From: the human T2T-CHM13v2.0 reference genome, Homo sapiens | DNA: 64,000 bases | Strand: one strand, 5' to 3' | Assembly (NCBI RefSeq): GCF_009914755.1 | Contig: NC_060933.1 | Part shown: positions 27,467 to 42,998 of the stretch, piece after piece | How positions within the stretch are numbered: the stretch's first letter is position 1 | Layout of the letters: each line of letters opens with the position of its first letter | Notes under the pieces: generated by a model | Seen by the model: only the letters and a program-made list of their open reading frames with translations | What the model was told of the DNA's origin: nothing | Databases searched by the model: none | Translations under genes and position numbers: made by a program

Positions 27467-27574
27467 AGGGTATTTTCTAGTTTTAACCTATATTTTCACA
27501 TTCTTACATTCTGAAAATATGGTGCGTGATAGAAAAGAAAGTAGGTATGGAGAAGGAGGATAGCACATGTTGCT

Positions 27575-27789
27575 TGTACCAACTTGCACAAGCCTGTTGC
27601 AAGCATCTATCCACAATTCTGTTCAAGTGATGTCACATGACTAGCAATGATGGGTGTGTTGACACATGGATGGGTCACACCTACCCATGAGGGGTATGTT
27701 TACACTATGAAAATTGGTAAATGTCACAAATCATGGCTAACCCCCATCCTGGAGAGCAAATTGTTAAACATTTACCAGCACTCTACTGA
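27575..27789. mobile_element. hAT DNA transposon remnant (MER63-like)
   Basis: Terminus ggagagcaaattgttaaacatttaccagcactctactg resembles the MER63 end as I remember it. Confidence 0.55.
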
Positions 27790-28059
27790 ATATATTTGGT
27801 CAGTGATTCAGGTATGTGTTGGGGGAGTGGGTGGATCACAGCTTATGATGGAGTTTTAATCTAAGGATTGGCTTTCGATGTATATTATGAGTATATGGGA
27901 GAACAGCATAAAAAATATTGTGATATTGATGGATAGTGGAGAACATTCACCTCTGGTGGACCTCAATTCTCTCATCTGTAAAATAAGATTAATTAAACTG
28001 AAGGACTAATTTCTTCAGTCTAGTACTGATGTTCTTTTTGTAGAAACTTCTGAGGTAAT

Positions 28060-28310
28060 ATTGCATCAGTGGTTAAAAGAAAGCAACTTTGGGATTTAGC
28101 AAAATTTGATATAGGCCTAGACCTAGTGCTTTAATCACAGTGTGACCTTGGGCAAGTCACTTAATCAGTCTTAATTCTCATCTTTCTATCAAGAAGATAG
28201 GGTTGGTGTATTACTTTCCCATAGAACTGTTATAGAGAGTTAATTAGATAATGAGGTAACTGGCTCAGCACACTTCTTGGCGTTTAAGTTGTCAATCCTT
28301 ACTGTTATTA
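28060..28310 (+). mobile_element. MIR SINE
   Basis: tgtgaccttgggcaagtcacttaatc...gttatagagagttaattagataatg. Confidence 0.75.
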
Positions 28311-29219
28311 TTCCTACTACTAACTACTGTTAGTACTGCTATCACTCTACCAATGCTACTGGATTACTACTAATAAACTTCCTCACTTTACCAGGTGCAA
28401 AGTAGAAGCTGGGAGACCTGAGGCTATGGAGGCTACAGCTATTTTTGGCTCATTGCAGTCAATATTCTTTTTATTACAAAGAACCAAATTAATAGCCCCT
28501 GACACTAGGTTGGCACCTTTCCTATGCCAACAAGCTTGAAGTTACAAAACCCAAACTTACAAGAGCTTATTTCTGAGCAGAGAATTACTAGCAATTAAGC
28601 AGGTTTCATTGTGAACACCTCAGTGGAAATCAGTCTCTCCAATTGATTTCTTCTGACAGCTGACTATGATCTGGAAACTAAATGTGGGTTTCCAGGGAAG
28701 AAGACAGGGATGACATCAGAATCTGGAGCAATACTTGAAGATGGCAAACATCAAACTGTATATACTTAAAACATTTTTAGAAACGGGATGTGGAAGACTT
28801 ATATGGACAGAAATGTGTGTGCATTTCACATATTAAACAGGAAGTGGATAGATCTTTAGGAAGACATTTAGAGGTGGAAGAAGAGTATATATAGGCCAAG
28901 AACAGAGATCTGAATTCTCACTCTTCCCATGCTCTTTTTTAAAGATAATTTAGCCTATAACCAGGTATGGATTCATCATCTGTAATATAATATAAGCTGC
29001 GTTCCTCAAAGGGGGATTGTAAGGATTAAATTATGGGATCCATGGAATCGACAAATCATAGTGACTGGAACATAGTATGAAATCAGTAAGTAAAGTTTGT
29101 CGGTTTATTATTACCACTGCTACCATTTTCTCCTTCTCCTCTTCTGTCTTTCTTTTTCCTTCTCCTAATTCTTCTTCCATCATTAATCATCATCATCGCT
29201 ATCACCCTCTTCATCATCA

Positions 29220-29420
29220 TCTAACATATACAGAGCCCTTATTATGGACTGACACTCTTCTTATTTATTTATTATAATCCCCTAATGTAGATGCTCCATC
29301 AGTGTTATTTTACAGATTAATAAATGGGGATGCAGAGAAGTAAAGGAATTAGCACAAGTCCACATAACCAGTTAGTGGTAGAACTGAGTTTTAAATCTAG
29401 GCATCTTGACTTCAGAGCTA
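29220..29420 (-). mobile_element. MIR SINE
   Basis: ttttacagattaataaatggggatgcagagaagtaaagg...cagttagtggtagaactgag. Confidence 0.65.
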
Positions 29421-29789
29421 ATGTGTTTTTAAGTGTTTATGCATGCATATATTTGCTAATAATTGCAAAAATATGAATTCTCTGAAGTCCTTATCAGAAT
29501 CATTGCCCTTAATTGACAAAATCTCCATTTTGTCATCTGGCTATTTGAGTGGGGAATTGAATACAATTATTACTAATATTTTATTAATCTATTAAAGAAA
29601 AGAACTACATGATACCCTTAACAAGATGCTGACAATTCAAGATATGGGTTAATTCATGTACAAATATTTAGAGATTGCTAACCATATGTTGACTACTAAT
29701 CTTAATGAGGGGGATAAAGTAATGAAAAGACAGACTTGGCCTGCGTTTCCCTGAAACTTATATTCTAGTGGGAAGAAACAATGAACTAA

Positions 29790-30005
29790 CAGGAGGCTGG
29801 GAAACTTTTTTTGTGTAAATAGCTAGACAATAAATATTTTATGCTTTGAGGGCCATATGGTCTCTGGCACAGCTACTCAACTCTACCATTATAGTACAAA
29901 CACAGTCATAGACAACACTGAAATATAAGTGTTCCAGTGAAACCTGTTTACAAAAACAGGTGACTGGCTAGGTTTGGTTTTCAGGCTATAGTTTGCTGAC
30001 TCCTA
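29790..30005 (+). mobile_element. MER58A (hAT-Charlie MITE), inserted in an L2 fragment
   Basis: caggaggctgggaaac...aaatattttatgctttgagggccatatggtctctggcacagctactcaactct...gtttgctgactcct. Confidence 0.8.
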
Positions 30006-32159
30006 AAATAACACATAAATAAATATGTAAGCCACACAATATTAGTTAGTGGTAAGTGCTGAGTACATAATTAATATAGGAAATGTAATAGACAGTGACT
30101 TGGTGGTGTCTTCTTTAGGGTATACAGATTGAAAGGACCTCTTGAAGAAGAAGACACTTAAGCAAAAATTGTAATAAAATGAGGAAGACATGGAAAAATA
30201 AGAAGAAAGTACATATGGGCAGGATACAGAGTCCAGAGGAGAAAGTCCTAGAACCTCCTAAGGAAGAAGGACAGGAAAACATACGTTTAGAAAGATGGGT
30301 AGTGGACAAATGTTAAAGGAATTTGTAAGTTAAGTTAATAAGTTTTCATTTCATTATAAATGAGACAAAAGTCATAGGAGGGTTTTAGATGACAATGTAA
30401 CATAATGTGTTTTGCATAACAGAAGTTACTTTGGGGGATTCTGGGAAGATGGAGAAAATTGCATAGTTTAATTCTCTCTTAGTCTCCATTTACAACAGAG
30501 AACTTAGATAGCAAAACCGAGAAATGACTGGGTTACATGGCAACAAAAATAGGTCACCAGATATTCTCAGAAACATTGAACTATAAGCAAATTGTCAGCA
30601 TCCGTAGAAGCTACATAATATCAACATTTGTGTTATAGAAAACCCAGGGATACAACAGGCAATAAAAACCCAAAATGGTCCACAGAGATTCCCTAGAAAC
30701 ACAGCAGGTCAATTGGAGGAAAGCGGACGAAGGGAGGTTGGCCAGATGGACTCAAGGAGGCTGTGATGAGGGCTTAGCGGAGCTTGAGCAGGTAATTCAC
30801 ACTGAACTAGTTATTCACCAGGGATTCTTTCTAGGAGGAGGCCTCACACTTAGGAGAAATTGCTTGAAATGGAATAAAAACTGTGAAAGACAGTGACATT
30901 AGGGACAAAGGAAAGATAACTTTCAAAAAAAAAAAAAGTGGAGAGGGGAACAGAACCAGAAAATCTCAGAAAGTAAACTAACATATTTTTGAACATTCTG
31001 TGATAATAACAATTGAGAGAGCTCAGAAAAGTTAAAAAACCCACACCAAATCATACCTCCATTTAAAAGTTCAAGAAAACTAATCTCACATAAATATAAA
31101 CAACAGAAATGTATTGAGATTAAATTTCACACGATTATTACAAAACTAAGGAGAATCAGGAACATGCGCATCCTTTTGCAAAATAAGACATTTCAAATAG
31201 TGTGCACACAGAGCAGGGCAAAACTGTAAACTATCTCTGTATACAACAAGATAAAAGAGATTTATAAATGTTATAAGAACCCAAACACAAGGAAAAGTCA
31301 GAATTAGAAAGAACACAAAAATGAACTGATAAAATAAAGGAAAAAGTAAAAGAAAAAAGAATTAGATATGTGAAATCTTAATCAGAAGAAACACAAGATT
31401 CAGGAAACATGTCAGACAACACTTTAAGATAAATGGATGGTATAAAGGAGGAAAAAGAAAGAAATTAACAAAAATAAAAATAATCTAAAATCATGACAGA
31501 TGTTGAGATAAGCCAAGATCTATTATACATACTAAAGTCACTAACAGAAAAAAACCTCACAGGAACAGAACAAATAAAGAAAGTTGTAATTCAATAAGAC
31601 TTTCTTGAAATAAAAAAGATTTAAAACTATATATTGAAAATGTGTATTACTTACCTGAGAATATTGACCCAGGAAGATCACACCAAGACATATTTCTATA
31701 AAACTACCAGACTTTGAATAAGAAAAATCCTTTGAGCATCTAAGTAAAGAGATCAAGTGATTTATAAGGGAAAGAAAAATCATCATCAAACTTTTCAGCA
31801 GCAATTCCTTATGTCAGAAGAAAATGGAGTAATATATTTAATACTTAAACACAGAAAAAGGGAGCTAAGAATTGTTATCCAGCAAGATAGATGCTCAATT
31901 ATAAAGAGAACGAATTATTATCAACCTACAAAAACTAAAGGAATGTTGTTCTAACAATCTCTTCATAAGGAACCTGCTAAAGAATCAACTTCTTTCAACC
32001 AAAAAAAAACCCCACTAAAAACCTTGAAATAAGAACTAGTAAATAGCATAAAATATATAGTACTTGTAGAAGTAAAATTATATAAGGTTTAATATAAGGG
32101 AATATATTGTGTAAGAGCTATGCTCAGAGAGTGAGAGTATATAAATAAAAATTGAGAGG

Positions 32160-32457
<298 letters not shown>

Positions 32458-32744
32458 TTAATATTGTTATTCTAAAAATACTGTGCAGACAATGTGGAAT
32501 AAAGTCAATGAAAGCATATGAACTATTTTAATTATATTATCCCATACATCCTCAAGAACCAAGATTCTTTCTTTGCAAAAAAAGGATGATGCAGATATTA
32601 TATGTCAGAAGTCAAGCTTTTTTTAAAAAAAAGAAACAAACAAATAATGGCTCTGTTGTTTTAAGTTCGAATTGAAAGTGTCGCTATAATGCTTTTCCCC
32701 TACATTTGTTTCCCCTATATATATTTCCCCTATATTTGTTATAT

Positions 32745-32791
32745 TTATATATATATTTATAGAGAGGGAGAGAGTTTTTCTTTTTGTTCTG

Positions 32792-32880
<89 letters not shown>

Positions 32881-32901
32881 TTTTTTTCTTTTTGTACTGT
32901 T
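32745..32901. repeat. Compound (TA)n(GA)n microsatellite inside a two-copy tandem unit
   Basis: Long (TA)n then (GA)n at ~32792-32879; the unit (TA)n(GA)n-gtttttctttttgtWctgt occurs twice. Confidence 0.9.
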
Positions 32902-35806
32902 TAAAGAAGAGTAATTAGCAATAACTACAGCCGTAATGATGAGCGCAGGTAGTGTACAGATTGGGGCCTTGAAGTATTATTTTTCACTTAAAGAAAAAAG
33001 ACAGCAGAACTTCTTGTAGAAATGGCTACTATCAGGTTTGGAGATATTCAAGATGGTCCTAGAACATCTCGTCATTCCAGATATTGGGGAAGCAATCAAG
33101 ACAACTAAAGTTATGTCAAACAGGTCCAAGAGGCATTCGTTAGGAGGCTCTCGCTGCCCAAAGATAAGACAAGTAGTTTCAAAAGGAATAGTAATTGCAA
33201 TTAATTGAAACCTATTAAATATATTTAAGTCCACGAGTTTGTGATGATATTTAAAATAAAATGAAATAGCAGCAAAAACGAATTGCTCACATTCAAAGGA
33301 TAAGAGAGAACCAAATGTTTACCTAAAAATCTGGTAATTAAGGAGAAACAATTCAAACGTCAAGTCTGCCTTTTCCATATGAACTGGGCCACTGGCTAAT
33401 CAAACAGTAAATAAGGGAAACATTTCTTTATAAAAGCACTCCAACTTTTAAATGAAGACAGAAATAAAATAATTTTAATATAAATATTTGTCAGGTAAAT
33501 TAATTAATGGATTCATGCATTGAGCTGCAACAACAGAGAACATCTCAAAAAAAAAAAAAAAAAGGCAAGAAAACAGATGAAAGCACACAGCACCACCTCT
33601 AGTCTTGCCAAAGGGATTCAACATGAGTGTGATCAGGACTCTGGATCCAGCTGCCAATTTGCAGGACAAAGGAATGTGTTGACCTACACCATGTCCATGT
33701 AATGAACAAAAGCCAGACTGTGGGAAACTCTGCAAGTCAAGTGCTCTGGGCTATTCAACAGACAAATTGTAAGAAAGAAAAAAGTAAGGCGATTATAGTC
33801 TTTATAGATTAAAAGAGTTTAATAAAGTTAAGTTAAAATATTAGCAGGAATAATCACTGAAGTCTGGTGACAAGACAATTTTTTAAACACACATAAAGAA
33901 AGGATTACCATAAAAGTTAGGATAGTGGTTGCTTTTGGTGAAGGGAGATATTTGAACTAGAAACAGCCAAACACATATAGGGGCTTCTCAAGTGGATGGC
34001 AAAGTTCTATTGTTGTCTTTGCTAATGGTTTCAGACATGTTTGCTTTATAATGATCCATTAACCTCTACATTTATTTTGTGTTTTTTTGTATCTGCTTAG
34101 TCTTAAAATAAAATACGTATATATTAGTTGGTCATCGGTAAGGAGATTAGCTTAAAAGGAACCAAGGATAAAAACAGGGAGTCAAGATTGGGGAGCTATT
34201 GTAGCAGTTCAGACACGATGATGAAGAGAAGGAGTTTATCAGGATTCCCTGTTGTTTTTAAGAGAAAGAGAAGAATCATTCAGGTTGAATTATTCTTCCT
34301 TGTGGGAAAACACTCAAGCCACGGAAAGGGATGTGGAGACAGATCTGCCATTAAGAACACCTTCCTACTTGACTGAGGTGTGAAAGTTAGCACCTTGGGA
34401 TTCTGAACATGCTGGAAAAACAGCTACTTTTTTTTAAGTGAATGAGCACAATCTGATAAAATTTTTAATAGCCACCAAATTTCTTCCATGAGCATTGCTT
34501 CCATAGGATATTTGAGAGTCATAATGGCCAACTTATATTTAATGCTTTTTCTAGACTGCTTGACTTATTTTATACTAATTATACTTATTTTATTTTCTAC
34601 ATATTAGTTTATATTGGGGAAAACATTTAAATTTTGGGATAAAGGGTTTGACAAGGTGTTGCCTACAGGTGCTCCACAAATCCATTAATATAACACATAT
34701 TATAGGTTGTTAGCTTCTAGAGAAATACCTTTTCTAATTTACCAGTGGATTTCTTGCTGTATCCTCTAGATAGCCTTGTGCAAGAGGGTGCTGTGTAAGT
34801 ATTTGATAGATTAAATCCGAAATCTGATGCAAAAATAGAAACAATTATTACAAAACTAATTAATATCTGCAAGTACAATAAATTGGTAATTTACATAGCA
34901 AGCTCATTCTTTACATTTTATCTCTAGAGGTGAATATTTTTATTATTACTATAGTAGCCAGAAATGATAGAATGTGTTAGAGCTTGGGAACTGGGAAGAC
35001 AGGAAATTAAACCTGGAAGTGGGATGGAATTGAGTTTCATACCTGATGCTAGTACTTACTAGCTTTGTAAAGTTGAGGAAGTCACTTAGCACCACTCAAA
35101 CTGAATTTCCACATTTGGAAATGTGTGTGAATCAAGAGATATCATGGTGAGTCTTAAAAATAAAATCATGGAGGTTTTAGACTATGGCTGAAAGCCATAG
35201 TCTATGCTCCTATGCCACATAAACCTTACTCAATAAATGTGAGTCCCTTTCTTTCTCAGGAATAATTTTATTTGTGAACCTCTTCTACCAGCTCTGAACC
35301 TAGCTGCCTTCTACATGATGGCAAAATTCGATGTATCACATCCCGCTGAGTGCTTTTGATCTTGAACAGGTCATCATTGCCATCAGGACTGACATTTCCC
35401 ACTATATCCTGTGTAACTCTTACGTTGATGCTAACATGACCTTCGTGGCTTCTATAATAATCCAGTTCCTCTACACAGCCACCTGCTGTCAGGAGCGGCC
35501 TGTGCAGAAGTAACTGATTCTCAGTCCCATAAGAGCACTAATTAAAAGTGCACCAAATTAAACTCATATGCATGAGAAACAATTAGCTCTATCTTTTGTC
35601 TCTTCATTCAAATCCATAATGCAGAGCAGCCAGGTGTCATGTTCAACAAACCTCCATCACTTGATGACTAGAGAAAGGAATGGATTTGGAAAAGCTTCAG
35701 AGACTCCCCCTGAGGTCAAGTCTGGCCTTCCCACTTTTGCAGTGATTCAATTGTCACAATGCTTCTGTTTGAATCCCCCTTTCTCAGCATCTCTTCTTCT
35801 CCCATA

Positions 35807-35814
<8 letters not shown>

Positions 35815-35838
<24 letters not shown>

Positions 35839-36121
35839 CTGAGACAGTGTCTTGCTCTGTTGCCCAGCCTGGAGTGCAGTGGCACCATCTCGGCTCACTG
35901 CAAGCTCCGCCTCCTGGGTTCATGCCATTCTCCTGCCTCAGCCTCCTGAGTAGCTGGGACTACAGGTGCCCACCACCACACCCGGCTAATTTTTTTGTAT
36001 TTTTAGTAGAGATGGGGTTTCACCGTGTTAGCCAGGATGGTTTCGATCTCCTGGCCTCATGATCCACCCACCTCGACCTCCCAAAGTGTTGGGATTACAG
36101 GTATGAGCCACAGCGCCTGTC
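35815..36121 (-). mobile_element. AluY
   Basis: gcaagctccgcctcc...ttcatgccattctcc...accgtgttagccaggatgg; TSD cccatatttttctt at 35801-35814 and 36122-36135. Confidence 0.93.
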
Positions 36122-36734
36122 CCCATATTTTTCTTCTTCTAAGAAAACAAACCTTGGTATAGGTCCCTATCATCCCCCTTTTTTTTTCCTGGAGGTTTGC
36201 AAAATGTTTTACACAAAATATCATACATGCTTGTCTAGCATGTTTTCACAGGACTGAAGAATCAAACACAGACACCAGTTCACCCTACTGTTTTTCTAAC
36301 ATTACACACATACCTAGGACGTATCCCTGTCATAGTTAATATACTTACTTAACTCTGTGTCATCCATGATATTATTTGTCCAAATATGTGGACCAATTAT
36401 TTTACCTAGACTTATTTCTTGCAACTGACTGAACCTAACTCTTATGCTAATTCCAATAACCCAGCCTCTGCCTTATGCCCTCATATGTACAGAGAAACTT
36501 AATAAAATGCTCAGTTCCCTGGTCCCTTTAGACTAGGGGCCTTACTCAATCACTCCAGCCTCTTCTATCTCCCAGACCTGGAGAATGTTTGTATTAATTC
36601 TGTAGTAATTCTTGGGAACGATTACCCTTAATTCCTTAGTAAAATATTTGAGAATGCAAATGAAATCAAAACATGGAATCAAAATGTGAAAACAAACCTA
36701 GTGTCTTTCTGAAAATGAGATCTCAAGGAGGAGA

Positions 36735-36990
36735 GATAGTGAAAAGGAAAAAATATAGGCTTCAGAACATACTATTCTGAGTTCAAATTCAGGTTTTGCT
36801 ACTTTTCAGCCAAGTGATTTTTGGCATATAAACATAACCTCACTGTGTCTCAGGTTCCCCACTTACTATTATCTAAAATCATGATATAAAATAATACCCC
36901 TATAATGAAACTGATTTGAGGATTTGGGATGATTTATGTAATATCTTTGCATGGTGTCTGGAGTATGTGGAAGATGGTATTGTCAATGTG
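36735..36990 (+). mobile_element. MIR SINE
   Basis: ctgagttcaaattcagg...aacctcactgtgtctcaggttccc...tgaggatttgggatgat. Confidence 0.6.
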
Positions 36991-38244
36991 AAAGAGGTAA
37001 GTCTGGTGAGAACCAAAAATTTGTGCTGAACTGTTGTCTGGAAACCAGACTGAGGGGAGGCCATGCTACCGAATGAGGTAGAGTAAAAGCTCCACTTTCT
37101 TGTGATGACACTATGAATAAAATAATCTAATGTGATGACCACTTGGCTATGTAAGTTTGTGGGATGAAATGAGAGTTTTCTTAGCAATATTTAGTTAATG
37201 GTAAGCACACAGCAAAAGTGCCACCATTCCCTATCTTGTCACCGAAGTAGTGTCTACCACGTGGTCCCATGTCTATTTCCCACTGAGTTGGAACATATTC
37301 TCAGAATTATTTTCAGTTCTTAATTTATGTAAATAATTTATTACAGCCTCTAGTCTACAAAGCCGTTAGTCCACAGTCAATGGTAATAAGCTTAGCTTTA
37401 CCTGTTTTCCTGGTCAGAAAAAGGCATTCACAGGCACTCAGGCATTGGCACACCCTCTGGCTTCATGAATGACAGTCATAGTGAACAGGCAACTCTGGCC
37501 AAATCCATATAGCAATGATGAGAAACATTTCTGATTTGCAGCACACATTCAAATAATAGAATTCCTGTCGTTTTTTTGGAAGGTACAAAAAGACTCAAAA
37601 CAATACTAAACAAGCCAGTAGCAATTACAACATAATCACTACCATGGTATAACAATGCCTCACAGAGTCTGTAAAAACATCCACAGTTATTACACCATTC
37701 ACTTGGTCATCCTTTGGCATTTCTTTGCTATTTGAGAACTGTTTACTGCTCTAGAGAATGTTCTTAAAATCTCATGAGACTAACTACTCAAATGTCTTCG
37801 TAAATGCCCGACTGTTCTTTTCGCTCATCTGATGTTTTAAGCATCTCTTCCCTCTTACTGGCAACACGAGGTCAGCATCACGCATGACTCTCAGCTCAGT
37901 GGTCCCTCAGACAAGCATCACTTTATGACATGTCTTAGGAGTTGTGGCCAAAGGAATTAGACGTCAATACCTGGTGACTGACCTGGGATGGACTTGCAGC
38001 GCACCAGTATGCTATAAGGTACCATAGTTAGAGACAAACAAAGCTTCTGTCATAATGAAAGGAGTTTGAACTGGTTAAGGGTCTTTCAGAGAAGCCAATG
38101 CTTTGGGGAGGGTCTTTGGGAGCTAAAAGAAAAGGACAAAGCCTCAAAGAAGTCATCAAGAAAAAAAAAAACAAAAAAACTAGCCATATGAGATTGAGGA
38201 GAAATTCTTAGTCTCGTCAGTATTTCTATCAGAAAGAGATTTTT

Positions 38245-38549
<305 letters not shown>

Positions 38550-39537
38550 CAGAAAGAGATTTTTAAAAGCTCCCAGAGATCTATAATTAGCCCCATCAAG
38601 AGCGGCATTCCCAGTAAATGATTTCCAGTGGGAAAGAGAATTCTACAAATAAAAATGATCTAACCCACTGGAAGCTAGAAAATGAGGTGGGAGACAATTC
38701 TAGCTTTAGCCGTCCAATTGCTATTAGTCCCTTTCTCTCAACTCCACAAGCTCCAACCACACTGCCTCTTTTCTGTGAAAAGCCTTTCTTTCTTGTTCAG
38801 TTAATAGGGTTCTGTTTGCATGTTCAATTTAACTTTTACTCCTCACCTTTATTTTACTTCAGGGTTGACATCTTACATTCTTGGATGTGAGACACTGACC
38901 AGTTGCAGTCTTGGATCTGGGACAATGGTTGTAATTAATTTGTAAGGCAGTCAGATGATATTATGAGTGTGACCAGGTATCCAATTAACATCTCCTATGG
39001 GCAGGGTGGTGAGAATGCTATTAGCAATGGTGTCACAAAGTTTTGCTTCAGGTAGAAAACACTTCTCCTATCACAGGTTTTTATATGACAAGAGTTAGCA
39101 GTCACACTTATACCTCCTCTGTTCACCCAAGCCTCCATTATCACTGGAATGAGCTTCAATGTTATGGACTCTGCTTGCACTTTAGAGATACTGCATAAAT
39201 TATGCCTTGTCCTTTGGTGTCCTGTTGCCTTATACTTTACTTGGAATTTTGAGTCTCTTTAGCCATACATATTTCTCAATCACTTGTTATCTGTTAATTT
39301 TCATATGTGCATGTCATTTTTATCCCTTTTAATCCCTTGTTGGTTCCTTATCTCTTTTCTCTTTCATTTTCTAATTTATATTAGCTTTCGTTTTCTTCTT
39401 TAACTACACTTGCGTAACCTAATATGATTGAGATTGCAACTGTATTTACAAGTTCTCTATAATACATCATATACTAGAACATTTTAAAACCTGAATCAGA
39501 AAATAAGAATCTCATTATTGATCCTACAGCTTCATGA

Positions 39538-39937
<400 letters not shown>

Positions 39938-41035
39938 TCTGCATTATTTCTTAACTGAACTCAGAATTTCATTATCTGCCTATATCCTTTCAATAGACTC
40001 ACCAGATAAAACTTTGCCTGCTTGGCAAGTCTTTATTATGTCCTCAGTTTTGTTCTGTCCTCATTATCATGTTACTGGTACCAGAACCTAGAACTACCCC
40101 TATTGTACTTGTGTTCCCTTGAAGATCATTCAGAAAAGACAAAACTAATCTGTTTGTCAGAATATTAGGGCATTTTTTTCATCCCATTATGGCCATGCCA
40201 TCATGAAGCTCCCTCTTTCTGCCCTCTTACCTCAGCACCATTACCAAAATAACCTATATCCAAAGAAAACCAGAGGTATTAGTGAAGAAGGCTTGTTAAT
40301 GCAATCTTGGCATTTTGTTGCTGTTTTGTTTGTTTGCTTGTTTGTTTTTACCTTGAAGACTTTATTATGCTACAGGACTTCTACCTTTAAATTCTAATAG
40401 TTGTCTACATTTTAGTGATGCTCAACCTATCAGTATCCAGGGTATCTTTTAGGTCTTGCATTGTAGTGAACATTAACCTGTCAAGCAAATATTACAGTTG
40501 CCTAAACCCTATGAGTCAATTGAAGGAAAAACTAAAATGAATCTATTATATTACTGAGTTCACTTATTGAAAAATAAGGACATGAGACTAAAAGAGATTG
40601 TAGGAGAATCTCATGCTGGAGATGAGAGTGTAAAAATATTAGGCAAAATTGTATTCCAGTTACCATGTGTTTAAGCAACATATGAAGAGTAACACTTCTA
40701 ATTATTTAGGGAAGTTGCCTGTAATAAAGCCAATGTTTAGAGCCTGAGTCTTCCACTGAATTCTGAGCTTTAGACCCTGTTGTGAACCCCAAGCCTCTGC
40801 CTAGTTCCTAACTATGGGCTGTTTGGCTGAATTTTATTGCTTAGGCTCTTGACACCACAGTCATTCTTCTCTTCTAGTATTTTCATTCTTTTCATCTCAA
40901 TATGTATTAGTATTCACTTGTGCATATTTCACTGACTCTAATTTTAGGAACTCTGTCATCTTTAACACTCGTTTTATCTTTTTCAAGTTTGGTCCTCCCA
41001 AGGCAGGATCCCCACTGAGTAACTCCTGCTCATAG

Positions 41036-41464
41036 TTGTGTTCATTTGGGTCCACTGAGAAGCAACAGCCAAGAAAGACTAAGATATATACGGAATTGAT
41101 TGGCATTACAAACAGGAGAAAAGAGAGCCTTCAGACCATGATGCAGGTTGGAAACCTGTGGAAGAAGAGAGGAAGGAAGGAAAACTGGAGTAGAAGGAAT
41201 TTCAGACTGCCTCACAGTTCCAAGAAAGTGTCAGCTAGGCCAATGGGCAGACCTTGAGCCCACTGAGTGTATTCTACTAGTTCCTTATCTCACTAGAGTG
41301 GGTCTGCTTTAATACCCCTAATGTGCTCAGCCATTGGCTAGGATCAGCCAATGTAGTTTTGGTGTAGTTTTGGTGGATCCGTGAGGCAGTAGCAGCTAGG
41401 GACATCAGGGAGCTATGAGTCCTGCAGTGGGAGATCTGAAAATTGCATTTTCCTAGCTGTCACT
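41036..41464 (-). mobile_element. ERVL solo LTR (LTR16A-like)
   Basis: ttgggtccactgagaagca at one end and ggagatctgaaaattgcattttcctagctgtcac at the other resemble the reversed LTR16A termini as I remember them. Confidence 0.65.
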
Positions 41465-42709
41465 AAACAATAGCGAGATTTTAGATATCATCATTGGAGA
41501 TATTTTGGCCCAAGGTATTTTCTCATGACTTTTACTATGTAACATTTAACTGTACACTGACTTCTTCATGCAAATACTAATTCTTTAGATGGTTTTCTCT
41601 GACCACAGCATTCAATTCTGCTCATGCTCCTGAGCATCTCGACCTCACATAACCCTGTTTTATTCTCCTCATAGCCCAAATTCCTATTTGACATTATCTT
41701 ATGTATTTGAATACTTGTCTACTGTGTGTCTTCTTCCCACTAGAGCAGTAGTGTAGTCCGACTTGTTCACTGCTCTACTGCCAATAATCATACTGTGTTC
41801 AAAAGCAATGTCTAGCAAGAATAGGGTGCATTATAATATTGCTGTTATAAAAGTTATGTTTTCATTCTAATTCTACCCCTCATTGTGGACTACACTTCTT
41901 TCAATTATCCAAAACATCACCTTGACCTCCCATATTATATATTGCACTGCTACAATGTTATTACATCTCTTTTTCTCAGTAGTCTGTGAACTCCTCACAG
42001 GTAAAAGTCTTGTTTTATATTGCTCACAATAGTGCATCACCTGATGAGTGCAGTCAGTCGATGAGTACTGGTAAATAGCAGAAATGTATGCAACTTTCTT
42101 AATAAGCACTATCTCTTATATGTATAATAACCTGTGGGCTAGGGGAGTATAATGTGTCTGTTTGAGTACACATATAACCTTGGAAAAACACAGCAGGAAA
42201 AGACAGGAGATGGGTCTGATCACGGGCAGCCATAAGAACAACTGTGAGCAAAGTTTATAAGATGCCTTTTCTCTTTGCAGGAGGTACATCCATTTGGCGA
42301 TCAAATAGGAAAAACACAGTCAGGTTTGGAGAGGAAACCTGGTGTTTGCTTTGTACTGGAGACAGGCCCTCAGGCTGCTGCCTTATCCTGGGGCCAGGGG
42401 TAGGGGCTGATTGTTCCAGTATCCTTTCTTGTGGAAGCAACTGCTTTGTTCATTGATCAAAGGCCCCTTCCATTCCACATCCTACACTTCAGTGCCACCT
42501 TTGTCACATACTGCTGGAGGGAGGCCCCCTCCCTCTTTAGGCTGATGCTATTTCCTACCATGGAAGGAGCAGTTGAGTTTGGTTGCTAAGACTCAGTTCT
42601 GTCACAATTTGTTTTTGACATTGCTTTCTGTTTTAGATCTCTGATTTAACAACTGTTGAATTTCATTTTTTAAAGAGAAAATGTACTGGGACTCTGCTGA
42701 CAAGGAGAG

Positions 42710-42940
42710 AAGCAGTATGCTAAGAGCATGGAGAGAATTAATGTTAGAGAAATACAGGTTAGAAATTTAGCTCTACCATTTCCTCACTGTGCTACCTTGG
42801 GCAAGTTACTTAACTTCTCTGTGCATCGGTTTCCATATCCCCAAAGTTTGAATTGCAATATCTATCACATAAGATTTTCTTGATAATCAAGATGGTGAGT
42901 GTTTTTATAAAAAATTTCTGGTCCATACTATGCTGTACAC
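42710..42940 (+). mobile_element. MIR SINE
   Basis: ctgtgctaccttgggcaagttacttaacttctctgtgcatcggtttcc. Confidence 0.8.
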
Positions 42941-42998
42941 ATAGTGATCCCCTGCACTGTCTCTGGATTCATTGTCCTATACCTTTATAATCACCCAA

